A stretch of 64,000 nucleotides of DNA from an uncultured delta proteobacterium (GCA_963778115.1 CAVZSV010000004.1:1600001-1664000), one strand, 5' to 3'. Counted from the first letter of the stretch, positions 20,289 to 30,582 are shown. The notes: generated by a model from the sequence alone, not told the origin. A program made the numbers and translations.

Positions 20289-21062
20289 TCAAATAAAAAC
20301 CGTCCGCCGCTTTTTCAACCGAGCATGAAGCTGTCGTTGTAAATCCAATCTAATCTCCTTGCTGAGCTTTGTGACATATTCCATGTCGTTGGCCTTCTCA
20401 GGATCTTTTTTCAGACGAATTGGCTTCAAAAAACAGATCCTCCATTTGGCGGGCAGCGGAATTACGTTGAGGGGAACCGGAATGATGATGCCTATGATCT
20501 GCTTGGCCCATCGGATTTGCGATAACGTAATGTGGGTCTCTTCGGCTCCGATAACGAAAGAAGGAATAATGGGGGCTCCTGTGGCTAGAGCAAGCCTTAC
20601 AAACCCGCGGCGAAAACGCCGGAGTCTGTAACGGTGCGAGCTTGGTTTGAAGTTTCCTTCCTCGCCTTCTGGAAAAAGCAGAAGCGGCTCTCCTTTTTCT
20701 AATACCTCCAAGCCGTTCTGATAAGTGGCGGGAACTAGCCCCAACTTTTCCACCCGGACCGAAATCTCAGGCCTCAAAAACCAAAGTTTATGAGCAATAA
20801 TGTGGGGGATACGCTTGGTGGCCCCATAGACCTGATGACCCAGCATAAGGGCATCAAAACCCATGTAACCACTATGATTTGAAATGATGATGCAAGGACC
20901 CCTCTTTGGAATATTGGAGATTCCCACCGATCGCACCCGAAGATACTTGGTGATGATATCCAGAAAAAACGCGGGCAACACGTGATAGGCCAACTCTTCC
21001 CTCGACTGTTTCGTCGCTTTTAAAGCTCGGTTTACCGCCCTACCAAATAGTGTCCTTGCCAT
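20289..21062 (-). CDS. Lysophospholipid acyltransferase (PlsC/DGAT-like)
   Basis: SNHSG...D, FPEG, GFVRLALATGAPIIP. Confidence 0.85.
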   Translation of the reverse strand: MARTLFGRAVNRALKATKQSREELAYHVLPAFFLDIITKYLRVRSVGISNIPKRGPCIIISNHSGYMGFDALMLGHQVYGATKRIPHIIAHKLWFLRPEISVRVEKLGLVPATYQNGLEVLEKGEPLLLFPEGEEGNFKPSSHRYRLRRFRRGFVRLALATGAPIIPSFVIGAEETHITLSQIRWAKQIIGIIIPVPLNVIPLPAKWRICFLKPIRLKKDPEKANDMEYVTKLSKEIRLDLQRQLHARLKKRRTVFI

Positions 21063-21206
21063 GCCGTCTTACCAAACGGGAATATCCCGCTCCTCCATCC
21101 TCTACCTAATACCGTCCAACGGGTTAGCATAGTTTTCACAGGCGGAAAAGGGGTTCTAAAAATGCTCCTTTGAGGGTACGCTGGACGACAAGGAGTCAAA
21201 CCACGC

Positions 21207-22286
21207 ATGAAACGCATCTTCAATTTTAACGCAGGCCCTGCCACTTTACCCCAAACCGTTCTCGAAGAAGCTAGCCGAGGAGTCTTGGAAATAGGAAACT
21301 CGGGAATGTCGATTCTAGAGGTTAGCCACCGCGCTCAGCCCTACGAATCCATTCACGCGGAAACCAAAGCGCGGCTCTTGCGCATCTTGGGATTAGATGC
21401 TCAAAAATTTACTCCGCTTTTTTTGGGAAGCGGAGCGAGCCTTCAGTTCTTGATGCTGCCTATGAATTACCTCTCCAAAGGCGAGACCGCCGACTACATT
21501 CACACCGGAGAATGGAGTGCCAAAGCCATTAAAGAAGCTAAGCCTCTGGGAACCGTGAATGTGGCGGCCAGTTCCGAAAGTGAAAAATTTAGCTCCATTC
21601 CAAAGGAATTTAAGTTTTCCCCGAATGCTCGATACTTGCACCTCACGACCAATAACACTATTGAGGGAACTCAGTTTGGAAAGATTCCAGAAAACGGAAC
21701 CGTTCCCTTAGTCGGCGATTTTTCATCAGAATTTTTGTCACGCTCACTCGATTACTCCAAATTCTCACTCATGTACGCCGGGGCCCAAAAGAACTTAGGC
21801 CCATCGGGAGTCACTGTCGTTATCGTTCGAAACGATTTTCTGGCCAGCGCCAAAGAAGAAGTTCCCGTCATGCTCTCCTACAAGCAGCAGGCCAAAGCCG
21901 ACTCGCTTTACAATACTCCTCCGGTATTTCCCATCTACGTTGTGGGGCTAGTGCTCAAATGGATCGAAAGCGAAGGGGGAATAACCAAAATTGAAGCCCG
22001 TAATCGGCGAAAGGCCGACATGATCTATGGAGCCCTGGAGGAATTCCCCGATACCTATGATATCGTAGTGAAGAAGAAAGAAGATCGTTCAGCAATGAAC
22101 ATCACTTTTAGAATAAAACCAGAAACGCGGGACAAAGAATTTTTGAGCGGTGCGGCACAAAAAGGCATGGATGGACTAAAGGGACATCGTGCAGTCGGAG
22201 GGCTAAGAGCCAGCGTATATAACGCCTTTCCGGAAGAAGGAGCTGCAGCCCTAGCTCAATACCTGCGAGACTTCGCGAGGAAATGA
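21207..22286 (+). CDS. serC: Phosphoserine aminotransferase
   Basis: FNFNAGPA, SHR, AGAQKNLGPSG (PLP Lys), YNTPP, GHRAVGGLRASVYNA. Confidence 0.96.
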   Translation: MKRIFNFNAGPATLPQTVLEEASRGVLEIGNSGMSILEVSHRAQPYESIHAETKARLLRILGLDAQKFTPLFLGSGASLQFLMLPMNYLSKGETADYIHTGEWSAKAIKEAKPLGTVNVAASSESEKFSSIPKEFKFSPNARYLHLTTNNTIEGTQFGKIPENGTVPLVGDFSSEFLSRSLDYSKFSLMYAGAQKNLGPSGVTVVIVRNDFLASAKEEVPVMLSYKQQAKADSLYNTPPVFPIYVVGLVLKWIESEGGITKIEARNRRKADMIYGALEEFPDTYDIVVKKKEDRSAMNITFRIKPETRDKEFLSGAAQKGMDGLKGHRAVGGLRASVYNAFPEEGAAALAQYLRDFARK

Positions 22287-22290
22287 CTCT

Positions 22291-22641
22291 ATGGCCGCAC
22301 GCTTCATCTACGAGACGCAGTGCCTTAAGATCCGGATCAAAGCAGGTTCCACCCAAAAGGTTGTCGAATGGTTCAAGACGGTAAACGAACGTTTAGATGA
22401 GGCTTACGAAGCAATTCGAAAAGAAGGGATTGTGATCCAATCGATCTTTTTGGATCAAACCAAAGAGGGCGACTACCTTATCTTCTACATGAAGGCCGAA
22501 AACCTCCTTCGCGCCAACGCCATCATTCGAAACTCAGCCCGCGCCATTGATAAAGAAGCCCTAACCATGATGGACGGCTACTCCGAGGAAGAAAAAAGTT
22601 TGGAAAACCTTTTGGATCTGGATCGGATTGAAGAGGTTTAG
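22291..22641 (+). CDS. Small protein, DUF6176-like
   Basis: Resembles DUF6176 from memory (EGIVIQSIFLD..GDYLIFYM). Starts 4 bp after serC. Confidence 0.6.
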   Translation: MAARFIYETQCLKIRIKAGSTQKVVEWFKTVNERLDEAYEAIRKEGIVIQSIFLDQTKEGDYLIFYMKAENLLRANAIIRNSARAIDKEALTMMDGYSEEEKSLENLLDLDRIEEV

Positions 22642-22943
22642 GGGTTGGGCCCGGAGAGGCTCCTTCTTACGACTCCCTAGCCCTAGGGACCATAAGCCCC
22701 CAAACCCGGGAATGGTTTTCCCTTTCTGGCTCCTGTTATTTCCTCTAGCATGCTCCTCTTGAAGGAAAGAATCTTTTCCAACTACAGGCAAGGGAATTAC
22801 GTCGATAAAAAGCCATTTTATCGAGGACAAAAAGTCAGCGATTTCGCGTTTCTGGAACGAGAAGTGCTTCCCCTCTTACCCACCTGGTTGGAAGGGGGGT
22901 GGGTGGACAGATGACGCCCCGAAGGGGCCCACCTTTTTTGGCG

Positions 22944-24044
22944 TTACGCGTTCGCTGCCACTGACACTCGAATGATGTTTTGTCGCCGTAACTTAATAAG
23001 AGATTCGTAAAGGGAAACATCAGGAAGATTATTAAAATCTAAAACGTCGGCCACCCTGTGAAACTCGACGATGCTGGCTAGAGTCGAGAACTCCACGAAG
23101 TCTAGCATCGTGCCCGTATGAAGCGCGCTGGGCTGAAGTTCCAAGCGCAAATCCGGAGGAGGAAGCTCCCGTCGAACCGCTTCGTAACGTTTCTTAAGCG
23201 CCTCTCCTTCGCTGCAGACATGCGAAAGACTGACGTTGAGCTGGTCCTCGGTAGTGGACTCGGAGGTCTCTCTTCGAGTAAATAAAAATCTAGGGTCATC
23301 CCACAAGAACATTCGATACAACGCTTTTAGCGCATGAACGTCGCCGGTCTTGGCAGCCATGGCTTTACCCTGCAAGAATTCTACTTTCCCCTCTTCCCCC
23401 CGAATACTGCCTTTAATCCATAAGACACCAGTTCTTTCGAGAGATTCAATGGTCAAAAGCGCATCGGCCAGCGATTGAGTCTTGTGAAAAGGTAATTTAC
23501 CATCGGAAGTTACGATCGTTTCGATGGTGGCTCCGCTAAACTCGTTGATGAGTCCCAGCCGCTCCATCTTGGCGATTCCCGTCTTAATCTCGCTCAATAC
23601 GGCTTTGGGAATTTCCGTCTCGGCTTGAATCAATACTCCTTTGATACCTCGCGCGGTCCGCTCAAACTCGGTATCTGTTTCCATATTCGCTGCGAGTCTT
23701 CCGAAAAATTCGGAGATCCGTTTGTCATCCGGGCGAAGATTTTCAAATATGTGGTAAGCGCGATTTTCCAACGCGAAAGTGGCGTCGTCTTTAGTGAAAT
23801 TTCTTCCAAACCAGAACCAATAGATCCGTCTGGATAAGGTGCGAAGTTTGGCCACGTACTGGCGACTTTCCGGAAGGTTTTCTAGAAAAATGATTTGGGG
23901 TTGAGGAGAAGGCTGCGATTCTATAAATTTCTGTAAATTGGGTTCATGAGAAATTTCCATTCCGGTGGCTTTAAGGCCCGCCAGGAATTGTCTCCCCCAA
24001 AGTGTTAGATCTCCCAAAACAATAATACGAGTAACAGCTTTCAT
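22944..24044 (-). CDS. Degenerate receiver-like N-terminus plus DUF4388 domain
   Basis: LADALLTIESLERTGVL...GKVEFLQGKAMAA...ALYRMFLW is DUF4388-like. GAGGA RBS. Confidence 0.7.
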   Translation of the reverse strand: MKAVTRIIVLGDLTLWGRQFLAGLKATGMEISHEPNLQKFIESQPSPQPQIIFLENLPESRQYVAKLRTLSRRIYWFWFGRNFTKDDATFALENRAYHIFENLRPDDKRISEFFGRLAANMETDTEFERTARGIKGVLIQAETEIPKAVLSEIKTGIAKMERLGLINEFSGATIETIVTSDGKLPFHKTQSLADALLTIESLERTGVLWIKGSIRGEEGKVEFLQGKAMAAKTGDVHALKALYRMFLWDDPRFLFTRRETSESTTEDQLNVSLSHVCSEGEALKKRYEAVRRELPPPDLRLELQPSALHTGTMLDFVEFSTLASIVEFHRVADVLDFNNLPDVSLYESLIKLRRQNIIRVSVAANA

Positions 24045-24175
24045 AACATCCTCTTGGGATTTAAGTCGGTGGTTTCGTTTCCGGAGCAGTTGAGATTTGG
24101 TGCGTAAGAGAAAGCGCGGAGCTATAGGATACCCTTTTATTGTAACACTTTCTCGTCGTCATAGCGAGATAGGGG

Positions 24176-25234
24176 CTAAGACGAGTAGCGTCGCTCAAAC
24201 AGCTCTCGAAGAGGAGAAGATTGACGCACTAGCTCAATCGAAAATTTGGCGTGATTGGGCGCGTATCCATTTCCGAATAAGAGGCTCGCCTGGGATGCCA
24301 GCCCTTCCGCTCCAAGCGTTACTTTAGAAAATGAAGTTGCCATGCTAAAAAATAGAATTTTACCGCGCTTAGTCGAAGATACCAGAGCACTGTTTTCGGT
24401 ATTGGGCACCGAAGCGACATTGATAACCAGGTCCGCCATCTTCCCCTTGGTAGCTTTGCGAACCCCTTCGCGAACGGCGATAGGATCTGTCGCATCCACT
24501 TCGAGCACATCGTCGCAGACTTTAAGCGCTCTTAGCTCGGCGGCAGCTCTGGCAAAGGGTTCGATTCCGATAATTTTGCCACTTCGACCCATTTTCTTTC
24601 GGGCCGCGACACAAGAAAGGATACCGGCCTTTCCGCCCGCCCCTATGATAAGAACCCGACTTTTGGGTCTCGCCAGATCAAAAGCCGTTTTAGGAGCTCC
24701 CGCGACATCAAAGACGGCCATGGCAACTCGCTCGTCAATATCTGTGGGAATTCTAGCTGCAATCGAACTCTCAAACAAAATGGCATGGCCAGTGACATCG
24801 ATCTGATGATTTTTTAGATGAACCTCTCGGATGGAGTCCAAATGAAGCGGCGTTAACGTCAAAGAAACGAGCGAAGCCACGAGATCACCCACCCGACACT
24901 TTAGCGGGCCCTCATAATCGCTCCCCATCTGGGCCACTCTCCCCACCAACATGCCTCCGGAGCCAGTCACTCTATTTTGCTGCTTTCCTCGCGCGCGTGT
25001 ATTTTCAAGAACGAGGTTTCCGATGGCTTGGGCATTTTTCCCTGTCTCCTGTTCCATTTGCACGAAACTAGCGGCATCGATGTTTAGCCGCTCGACACTC
25101 ACTAGGATCTCGTTTGAAAAGATAGGTAGGCGATTGTCTAACTTATCGGCGGCTTGCGGCAGGCAAACTTTGGCGTCAAGTACCCGATGCAGACCGAAAG
25201 CATCTGCAGTTTCCTTACGCTCCTTTTCGGCCAT
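24176..25234 (-). CDS. kdd: L-erythro-3,5-diaminohexanoate dehydrogenase
   Basis: GLHRV, LPQAA, LNIDAASF, RGKQQNRVTGSGGML, SLVSLTLTPL, DVAGAP, FFSMATSF, GNGY. Confidence 0.9.
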   Translation of the reverse strand: MAEKERKETADAFGLHRVLDAKVCLPQAADKLDNRLPIFSNEILVSVERLNIDAASFVQMEQETGKNAQAIGNLVLENTRARGKQQNRVTGSGGMLVGRVAQMGSDYEGPLKCRVGDLVASLVSLTLTPLHLDSIREVHLKNHQIDVTGHAILFESSIAARIPTDIDERVAMAVFDVAGAPKTAFDLARPKSRVLIIGAGGKAGILSCVAARKKMGRSGKIIGIEPFARAAAELRALKVCDDVLEVDATDPIAVREGVRKATKGKMADLVINVASVPNTENSALVSSTKRGKILFFSMATSFSKVTLGAEGLASQASLLFGNGYAPNHAKFSIELVRQSSPLRELFERRYSS

Positions 25235-26309
25235 ACAGACGTTCCTCCGCGAGCTTATCGGTGACTAGGAAGGGCGCTTTTCCTGCACTCTTTGCTCGGG
25301 AATAGATCTCTTTCATGGTCAGATAGATTCCATCCGCTTTGGCCAGAGCCTTTTTCTGATCGTATCCTTCATACTCGACAAAAATGTTGATGATGCCGCC
25401 TGAGTTGACCGCATAGTCAGGGGCGTAAAGAATACCGCGCTCGTGAAGGCGCAATCCGTCCTGGGGGGTTGCCAACTGATTATTCGCGCAACCCACGACG
25501 GCCTTTGCCTTTAGTCTGAGGATAGTCTTTTCGTTAAGAGTCGCTCCTCTGGCGCAAGGAGAAAAGACGTCGCAATTCACGTCATAGATGACGTCATTAG
25601 CAACTACGTGAGCGCCTAATTCTTTGGCTGCTCTACTTTCCGTCTTGGGATCGATATCGGTCACCCATATCTCCCCACCCTGCTCGACTACCATTTTTGC
25701 CAGTGCGAAACCTACGTGACCTATTCCTTGAATAGCGACTTTCAAACCGCGCAGTGACTTTTGACCAAAAACCTCTTCGACCGTCGCTTCTAGTCCACGC
25801 AAAATTCCACGCGCTGTGACAGGCGACGGATCCCCACTAGAGCCCGCCTCTCCGTCAATACCAAGCACATGAGGTGAGCGCTTTTTTACTAACAGAAGAT
25901 CTTCACTGGTAATGTTCATGTCTTTGGCGGCAATATAACGGCCGTTGAAAATCTCTAAAAATTCACCGAAAGCCGCAAAGAGCTCAGGAGACTTTTTCGC
26001 CGGATCTCCGATAATAACGCTCTTGCCGCCGCCGAAACCAATTCCTGCCAACGCCGATTTATAGGACATGCCTCGGGAAAGGGCCAACACGTCCTGCAAC
26101 GCTTCTTCTTTGGAAGCATACGGCAACATGCGAATGCCTCCGCAGGAAGGGCCTAAATTCGTGTTATGGATACTGACGATGGCTTTAAGCCCCGCGCTTA
26201 GATCCTCCACGAACGCCACACGCTCATAGCCCGGTACATCGAGCTCGACATGTGATTTGGAAGATTTTGGAGATGCTGAAAAGCCAGGAAATTTGTTGGT
26301 CATAAGCAT
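25215..26309 (-). CDS. Leucine dehydrogenase (Glu/Leu/Phe/Val family)
   Basis: GGGKSVII, SSGDPSPVTARG, QGIGHVG, GCANNQL, YAPDYAVNSGG. Confidence 0.9.
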   Translation of the reverse strand: MLMTNKFPGFSASPKSSKSHVELDVPGYERVAFVEDLSAGLKAIVSIHNTNLGPSCGGIRMLPYASKEEALQDVLALSRGMSYKSALAGIGFGGGKSVIIGDPAKKSPELFAAFGEFLEIFNGRYIAAKDMNITSEDLLLVKKRSPHVLGIDGEAGSSGDPSPVTARGILRGLEATVEEVFGQKSLRGLKVAIQGIGHVGFALAKMVVEQGGEIWVTDIDPKTESRAAKELGAHVVANDVIYDVNCDVFSPCARGATLNEKTILRLKAKAVVGCANNQLATPQDGLRLHERGILYAPDYAVNSGGIINIFVEYEGYDQKKALAKADGIYLTMKEIYSRAKSAGKAPFLVTDKLAEERLYGRKGA

Positions 26310-26442
26310 AATCCCTATTCCTCACTTACCGGACACCCGAGTGTCCTGACGGCGAAGTACCCCTTAATAGACGGGGCATATACTACCCAAAGACTTTTGG
26401 TTCCACCAGCCCTTAGCACGCTTGCCAAAATTAAAAAATTCC

Positions 26443-26480
26443 GATGCTGACCGGATGCCGACTAGATGCTGAGATCATGC
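26443..26480. repeat. Direct repeats GATGCYGA with an 11-bp period
   Basis: GATGCTGA at 26443, GATGCCGA at 26454, GATGCTGA at 26465, partial CATGC at 26476. Confidence 0.6.
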
Positions 26481-26603
26481 ATTAACTCAAGCGAAACCGG
26501 TACTTTGAAGCAGTGCGATGGGGAATTAATTCTTTGACGGTTGTATCAGCCGGAAGTAATACTTTTTTTTGGCACTGGGAACAATGGGTCGGGGATACAT
26601 CGA

Positions 26604-27245
26604 ATGGCGGCGAAACGCTTCATCGTTATCGCAGGGAACATCGGTTCCGGAAAAACGACACTGACACAACTACTCGCAGAACACTTCTCGTGGCAACCTC
26701 ATTTCGAGGTGGTTCAGGAGAATCCCTATCTTGCCGATTTCTACACTGACATGCGGCGGTGGTCACTCCAGCTTCAGGTCTTTTTTCTTTCCAAGCGGTT
26801 CCAAGCACACCAAGAGATCATAAAATCGCGAAGCTCGGCGATCCAAGACCGTTCGATCTATGAAGACGCCCATATTTTTGCACGCGCATTGCATGAGTCA
26901 GGCAAAATGGAAGATAGAGACTATCAAAACTATCTCGAGCTTTACCAAACCATGATGTCCTTTCTGCAACCTCCCGACCTCGTGGTCTACGTCCGTCGAT
27001 CCGTAGATTGTCTGAAGAGTCGCATTGCGGAACGCGGTAGAGAATATGAAAAGGACATTCCCGACGAATATCTGCATCAGTTAAATCGCTGTTATGACGA
27101 CTGGATCGAAGGTTATCGTCTTGGCAAGGTGCTGACCGTACAAGCTGACTCCCTAGATCTGAAATGGGTGCGATCGGATTTCGATTACGTCTGCCGAAGT
27201 ATAGAAAACTCTCTCGAACAGCCTGAACTGTTTTTTACCTGTTAA
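26604..27245 (+). CDS. Deoxynucleoside kinase (dCK/dGK family)
   Basis: AGNIGSGKTT, ENPYL, DRSIYED, RGREYE lid. Confidence 0.92.
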   Translation: MAAKRFIVIAGNIGSGKTTLTQLLAEHFSWQPHFEVVQENPYLADFYTDMRRWSLQLQVFFLSKRFQAHQEIIKSRSSAIQDRSIYEDAHIFARALHESGKMEDRDYQNYLELYQTMMSFLQPPDLVVYVRRSVDCLKSRIAERGREYEKDIPDEYLHQLNRCYDDWIEGYRLGKVLTVQADSLDLKWVRSDFDYVCRSIENSLEQPELFFTC

Positions 27246-27308
27246 AAAGGGCTGTCATTGGGAGGTGAAGCCGAAGCAACCGGTAAGAGTAAATGGTACT
27301 TTTTCTAA

Positions 27309-28445
27309 TTATCTAAAATCCGGATCTTCAAGCGAAGGTCTGTCGCTCGGAATCTCTTTGCGAGTGATGATATCGGCGAGTTGAAAATGTTCGGGCAGGC
27401 CTATGAAATTTCCGACTTCGGTGACATCCACTGGCTTTTTGGTGTCGCAATACATCTTTTTGACTCCAAGAATTCTTCCCACTGCCTGCTCTAAAGTGGA
27501 CATCGAGATTTTGTTCGATTCAACGGCTTTGACGACGGCTTCAAAAGCCACCATGGGTAGACCGGCATCGGCTTTATAGATAAGCATATCGCAACCGGCG
27601 TTCACCGCTAAAACGGCCGCATCTTCCACGGAGTAGTGATCCGCAATGGCTTTCATCTCCATGTCGTCACTGATGATGATTTTAGAAAACCTAAGATCGT
27701 TGCGTAGGATGTCGATCGTTTTTTTGGAAAGTGTCGAAGGCAATTCGGGATCCACGGCCGGGTTCATGATGTGCGCTGTCATGATGGCTTCCACACGACT
27801 TCGGATGACCCTTCGAAACGGAATAAGCTCCAGCTCTTCTAACTGGGCAACGGTTTTATTTACCTTTGGCAGTGCGAAGTGGGAATCCTCTTTGGTGTCT
27901 CCATGGCCAGGAAAGTGTTTTGCCACGGCGACGACACCCATCTTTTGGATTCCCCTGCAAACAGCCGACCCTAGCTTGCCGCAAATTTCGGGATCGGAAG
28001 AGAAAGCACGCCCCTTGATGATGGGGCTATCTCGATTGGAATTGACGTCGACTACGGGAGCGTAATTGACGTTGATGCCGACCGCTTTCAATTCTTTCGC
28101 CAGGACCATTCCAAATTCAAAGCCGATCTTGGGTGAATTCAGATCACCTAAATAATCATTTCCTGGAAACTTCGTAAAAGGCTTCACCAAACGGTTTATT
28201 TTGCCGCCTTCGTGATCGATCGAAATGAATAAGCCGGGGGCGTCTTTACCTCGGCAGCTAAACTGAAGCTCGTTACTTAACTCGGCGAGCTGTGCCGGCG
28301 ACTGCACGTTTCTTTTGAAGTAGATCACCCCACCCAAATGGCAGTCTTGGATGAACTTCTTCAGATCGGCGGGCACGGAATAACCGTTGAACCCGACGAT
28401 AAAGAGCTGGCCTACCAGCGATTGAATATTTTTCTTGGAAGCCAT
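27309..28445 (-). CDS. nagZ: GH3 beta-N-acetylhexosaminidase
   Basis: IDHEGG, KHFPGHGDTKEDSH, MTAH, SDDMEM. Confidence 0.92.
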   Translation of the reverse strand: MASKKNIQSLVGQLFIVGFNGYSVPADLKKFIQDCHLGGVIYFKRNVQSPAQLAELSNELQFSCRGKDAPGLFISIDHEGGKINRLVKPFTKFPGNDYLGDLNSPKIGFEFGMVLAKELKAVGINVNYAPVVDVNSNRDSPIIKGRAFSSDPEICGKLGSAVCRGIQKMGVVAVAKHFPGHGDTKEDSHFALPKVNKTVAQLEELELIPFRRVIRSRVEAIMTAHIMNPAVDPELPSTLSKKTIDILRNDLRFSKIIISDDMEMKAIADHYSVEDAAVLAVNAGCDMLIYKADAGLPMVAFEAVVKAVESNKISMSTLEQAVGRILGVKKMYCDTKKPVDVTEVGNFIGLPEHFQLADIITRKEIPSDRPSLEDPDFR

Positions 28446-28461
28446 TATAGAGGTACCTGAT

Positions 28462-28561
28462 TAGTGTCCTGAGTCGTATATTTCTCTATAGTTGTATGAG
28501 GGGATTCGCCTGGGATGAAACACTCAGAAAACTATATAGAAATATGCGACTCAGGACACTA
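28462..28561. mobile_element. 100-bp MITE-like element with 39-bp terminal inverted repeats and TA ends
   Basis: TAGTGTCCTGAGTCGTATATTTCTCTATAGTTGTATGAG matches the reverse complement of the right arm at 35 of 39 positions. Confidence 0.7.
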
Positions 28562-28614
28562 CCCCAAGTATATGAGTTAGTTCCAGGGCTGGCAAGCCGC
28601 GCCATTTATAACGC

Positions 28615-30447
28615 TTACTCGTCCTCTTCTTTGACCGTTCGAATAATGGACCGCTTATTTTGATCCAAAACGCGTTTTCTCAGGCGCAGGAAGTTAGGGG
28701 TCACTTCGACCACTTCGTCGTCGGCAATCCAGGCGATGCAATATTCGAGCGTAAGCGGAGTGACGGGAGTCAGAATGACGTTTTCGTCACTACCAGCAGC
28801 CCGAATATTGGTCAGCTTCTTTTCGCGAGTCGCATTGACGTTAATATCGTTAATCTTATTATGGACGCCGACAATCATTCCCTCGTAGACATCAACGCCT
28901 TCTTTCACACACAGCCGGCCTCGAGGCTCGAGGTTAAACAGGGCATAAGGAGTCGTCTTTCCGGTACGATCGGCCACCATGGCACCATTCACGCGATCGA
29001 TGATGTGACCTTGCCAGGGGATAAATCCTGCGAAATAGGAGCTTAGTAATCCCAAGCCGCGAGTATCATTCAAAAACTCAGAGCGGTATCCGATGAGTCC
29101 GCGCGAAGGGATATCAAATTCGAGTCGCACGCGATCGGTTCCCTTTTTCACGAGATTCGTCATGATGCCTTTTCGAGTCCCCAATCTTTCCGTGATCGAA
29201 CCGACGCAGGTTTCGGGCACGTCGAGGACGACATGTTCTTGGGGCTCTTCCATCTGACCATTCACTTCACGTGTAATGACCTTCGGGCGACCCAACATGA
29301 ACTCATAACCTTCGCGGCGCATCTGTTCGGCAAGAATCGCAAATTGCAATTCGCCTCGCCCCTTAATCATCACCGTATCGGCGGATTCGGTCTTGGTCGC
29401 TTGAAGAGAAACGTTGGTGCGAAGTTCACGCTCAATACGTTCCCACAAAACACGGGAAGTAAGGCGGTTTCCGTCACGACCCGCGAAGGGACCCGTATTT
29501 ACGATGAGCTGGATGGAAATCGTGGGTGCTTCCACCGTAATACGAGGTAAGGGCCTTGGTTCAAACGGATCGCAGATCGAGTCTCCGATCTTTAATTCTT
29601 CAATGCCCGCGACAATGGCGATATCTCCGGCTTCCGCCTCTTCTATGCGCTTGGGCTCCATGCCATCATAGGAAAACAGGGCCGTGATGGTCGTCTGAGG
29701 AGTCAAACCCGCTTCTTGAGACAAGATGACTTTGTCGCCTACTCTAATCTTTCCCGAATTGATCTTACCGACGGCCAAACGTCCCAAATAGTCGCTGTAA
29801 TTGGTATTGGAGATAAGCATCTGCAGTCCGCCGGTTTCAACGTGCGGACCGGGAATGTGTTGAATAATCTGGTCAAAAAGAAGGGTAAGATCTTTGCCGT
29901 CCTGAGACTCCTCGGGATTGGAAACCGCGACGCGTTTTCTGGCATTGGTATAGACAATGGGAAAATCGATCTGATGGTCTTTGGCATCCAGATCGATAAA
30001 GAGCTCATAAATCTCTTCTAAAACTTCGGCACAGCGGGCATCCGATCGGTCGATCTTGTTAATGACAACAATGATCTTCTTATCCATCTCCATGGCATGC
30101 CGGAGCACGAAACGGGTCTGAGGGAGCGGCCCTTCGGCGGCGTCCACCAAGAGTAAGCAGCCGTCGACCATCTGAAGGCCTCGTTCGACTTCTCCTCCAA
30201 AATCGGCATGGCCTGGGGTATCCACGATATTAATCCGGGTTCCCTTGTAGTGAATGGCGGCATTCTTAGCGGTCAGAGTGATACCTCGCTCTCGCTCGAG
30301 ATCTAGGCTGTCCATCGCTCGTTCCGCGATATGTTGATTTTGTCTGAAAAGGCCGCTTTGCCAAAGCAGACCGTCCACCAGGGTGGTCTTCCCATGATCG
30401 ACATGGGCGATAATTGCGATATTACGAATCTTAGAGTTAACAGCCAT
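28615..30447 (-). CDS. typA: Translational GTPase TypA/BipA
   Basis: RNIAIIAHVDHGKTTLVD, DTPGHADFGGEVER, GRGEL, RGLIGYR, KKLTNIRA. Confidence 0.97.
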   Translation of the reverse strand: MAVNSKIRNIAIIAHVDHGKTTLVDGLLWQSGLFRQNQHIAERAMDSLDLERERGITLTAKNAAIHYKGTRINIVDTPGHADFGGEVERGLQMVDGCLLLVDAAEGPLPQTRFVLRHAMEMDKKIIVVINKIDRSDARCAEVLEEIYELFIDLDAKDHQIDFPIVYTNARKRVAVSNPEESQDGKDLTLLFDQIIQHIPGPHVETGGLQMLISNTNYSDYLGRLAVGKINSGKIRVGDKVILSQEAGLTPQTTITALFSYDGMEPKRIEEAEAGDIAIVAGIEELKIGDSICDPFEPRPLPRITVEAPTISIQLIVNTGPFAGRDGNRLTSRVLWERIERELRTNVSLQATKTESADTVMIKGRGELQFAILAEQMRREGYEFMLGRPKVITREVNGQMEEPQEHVVLDVPETCVGSITERLGTRKGIMTNLVKKGTDRVRLEFDIPSRGLIGYRSEFLNDTRGLGLLSSYFAGFIPWQGHIIDRVNGAMVADRTGKTTPYALFNLEPRGRLCVKEGVDVYEGMIVGVHNKINDINVNATREKKLTNIRAAGSDENVILTPVTPLTLEYCIAWIADDEVVEVTPNFLRLRKRVLDQNKRSIIRTVKEEDE

Positions 30448-30582
30448 TTAAAATTACACCTTTGAGCTGACCTTTAAGGAACTCCCAAAAAGGGACCGTT
30501 ATAACACAGGGAATCCCGCTTTTACGAGATTCTTCGGCGAACCCGGCAAGATATGATATACCCCCTTGCCTGAAGCTAGCTT

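Noticed and set aside
22905..22935. Hammerhead ribozyme core (CAGATGA followed by a hairpin)
   Set aside because: Core should be CUGANGA, and the GAAA after stem II is absent.
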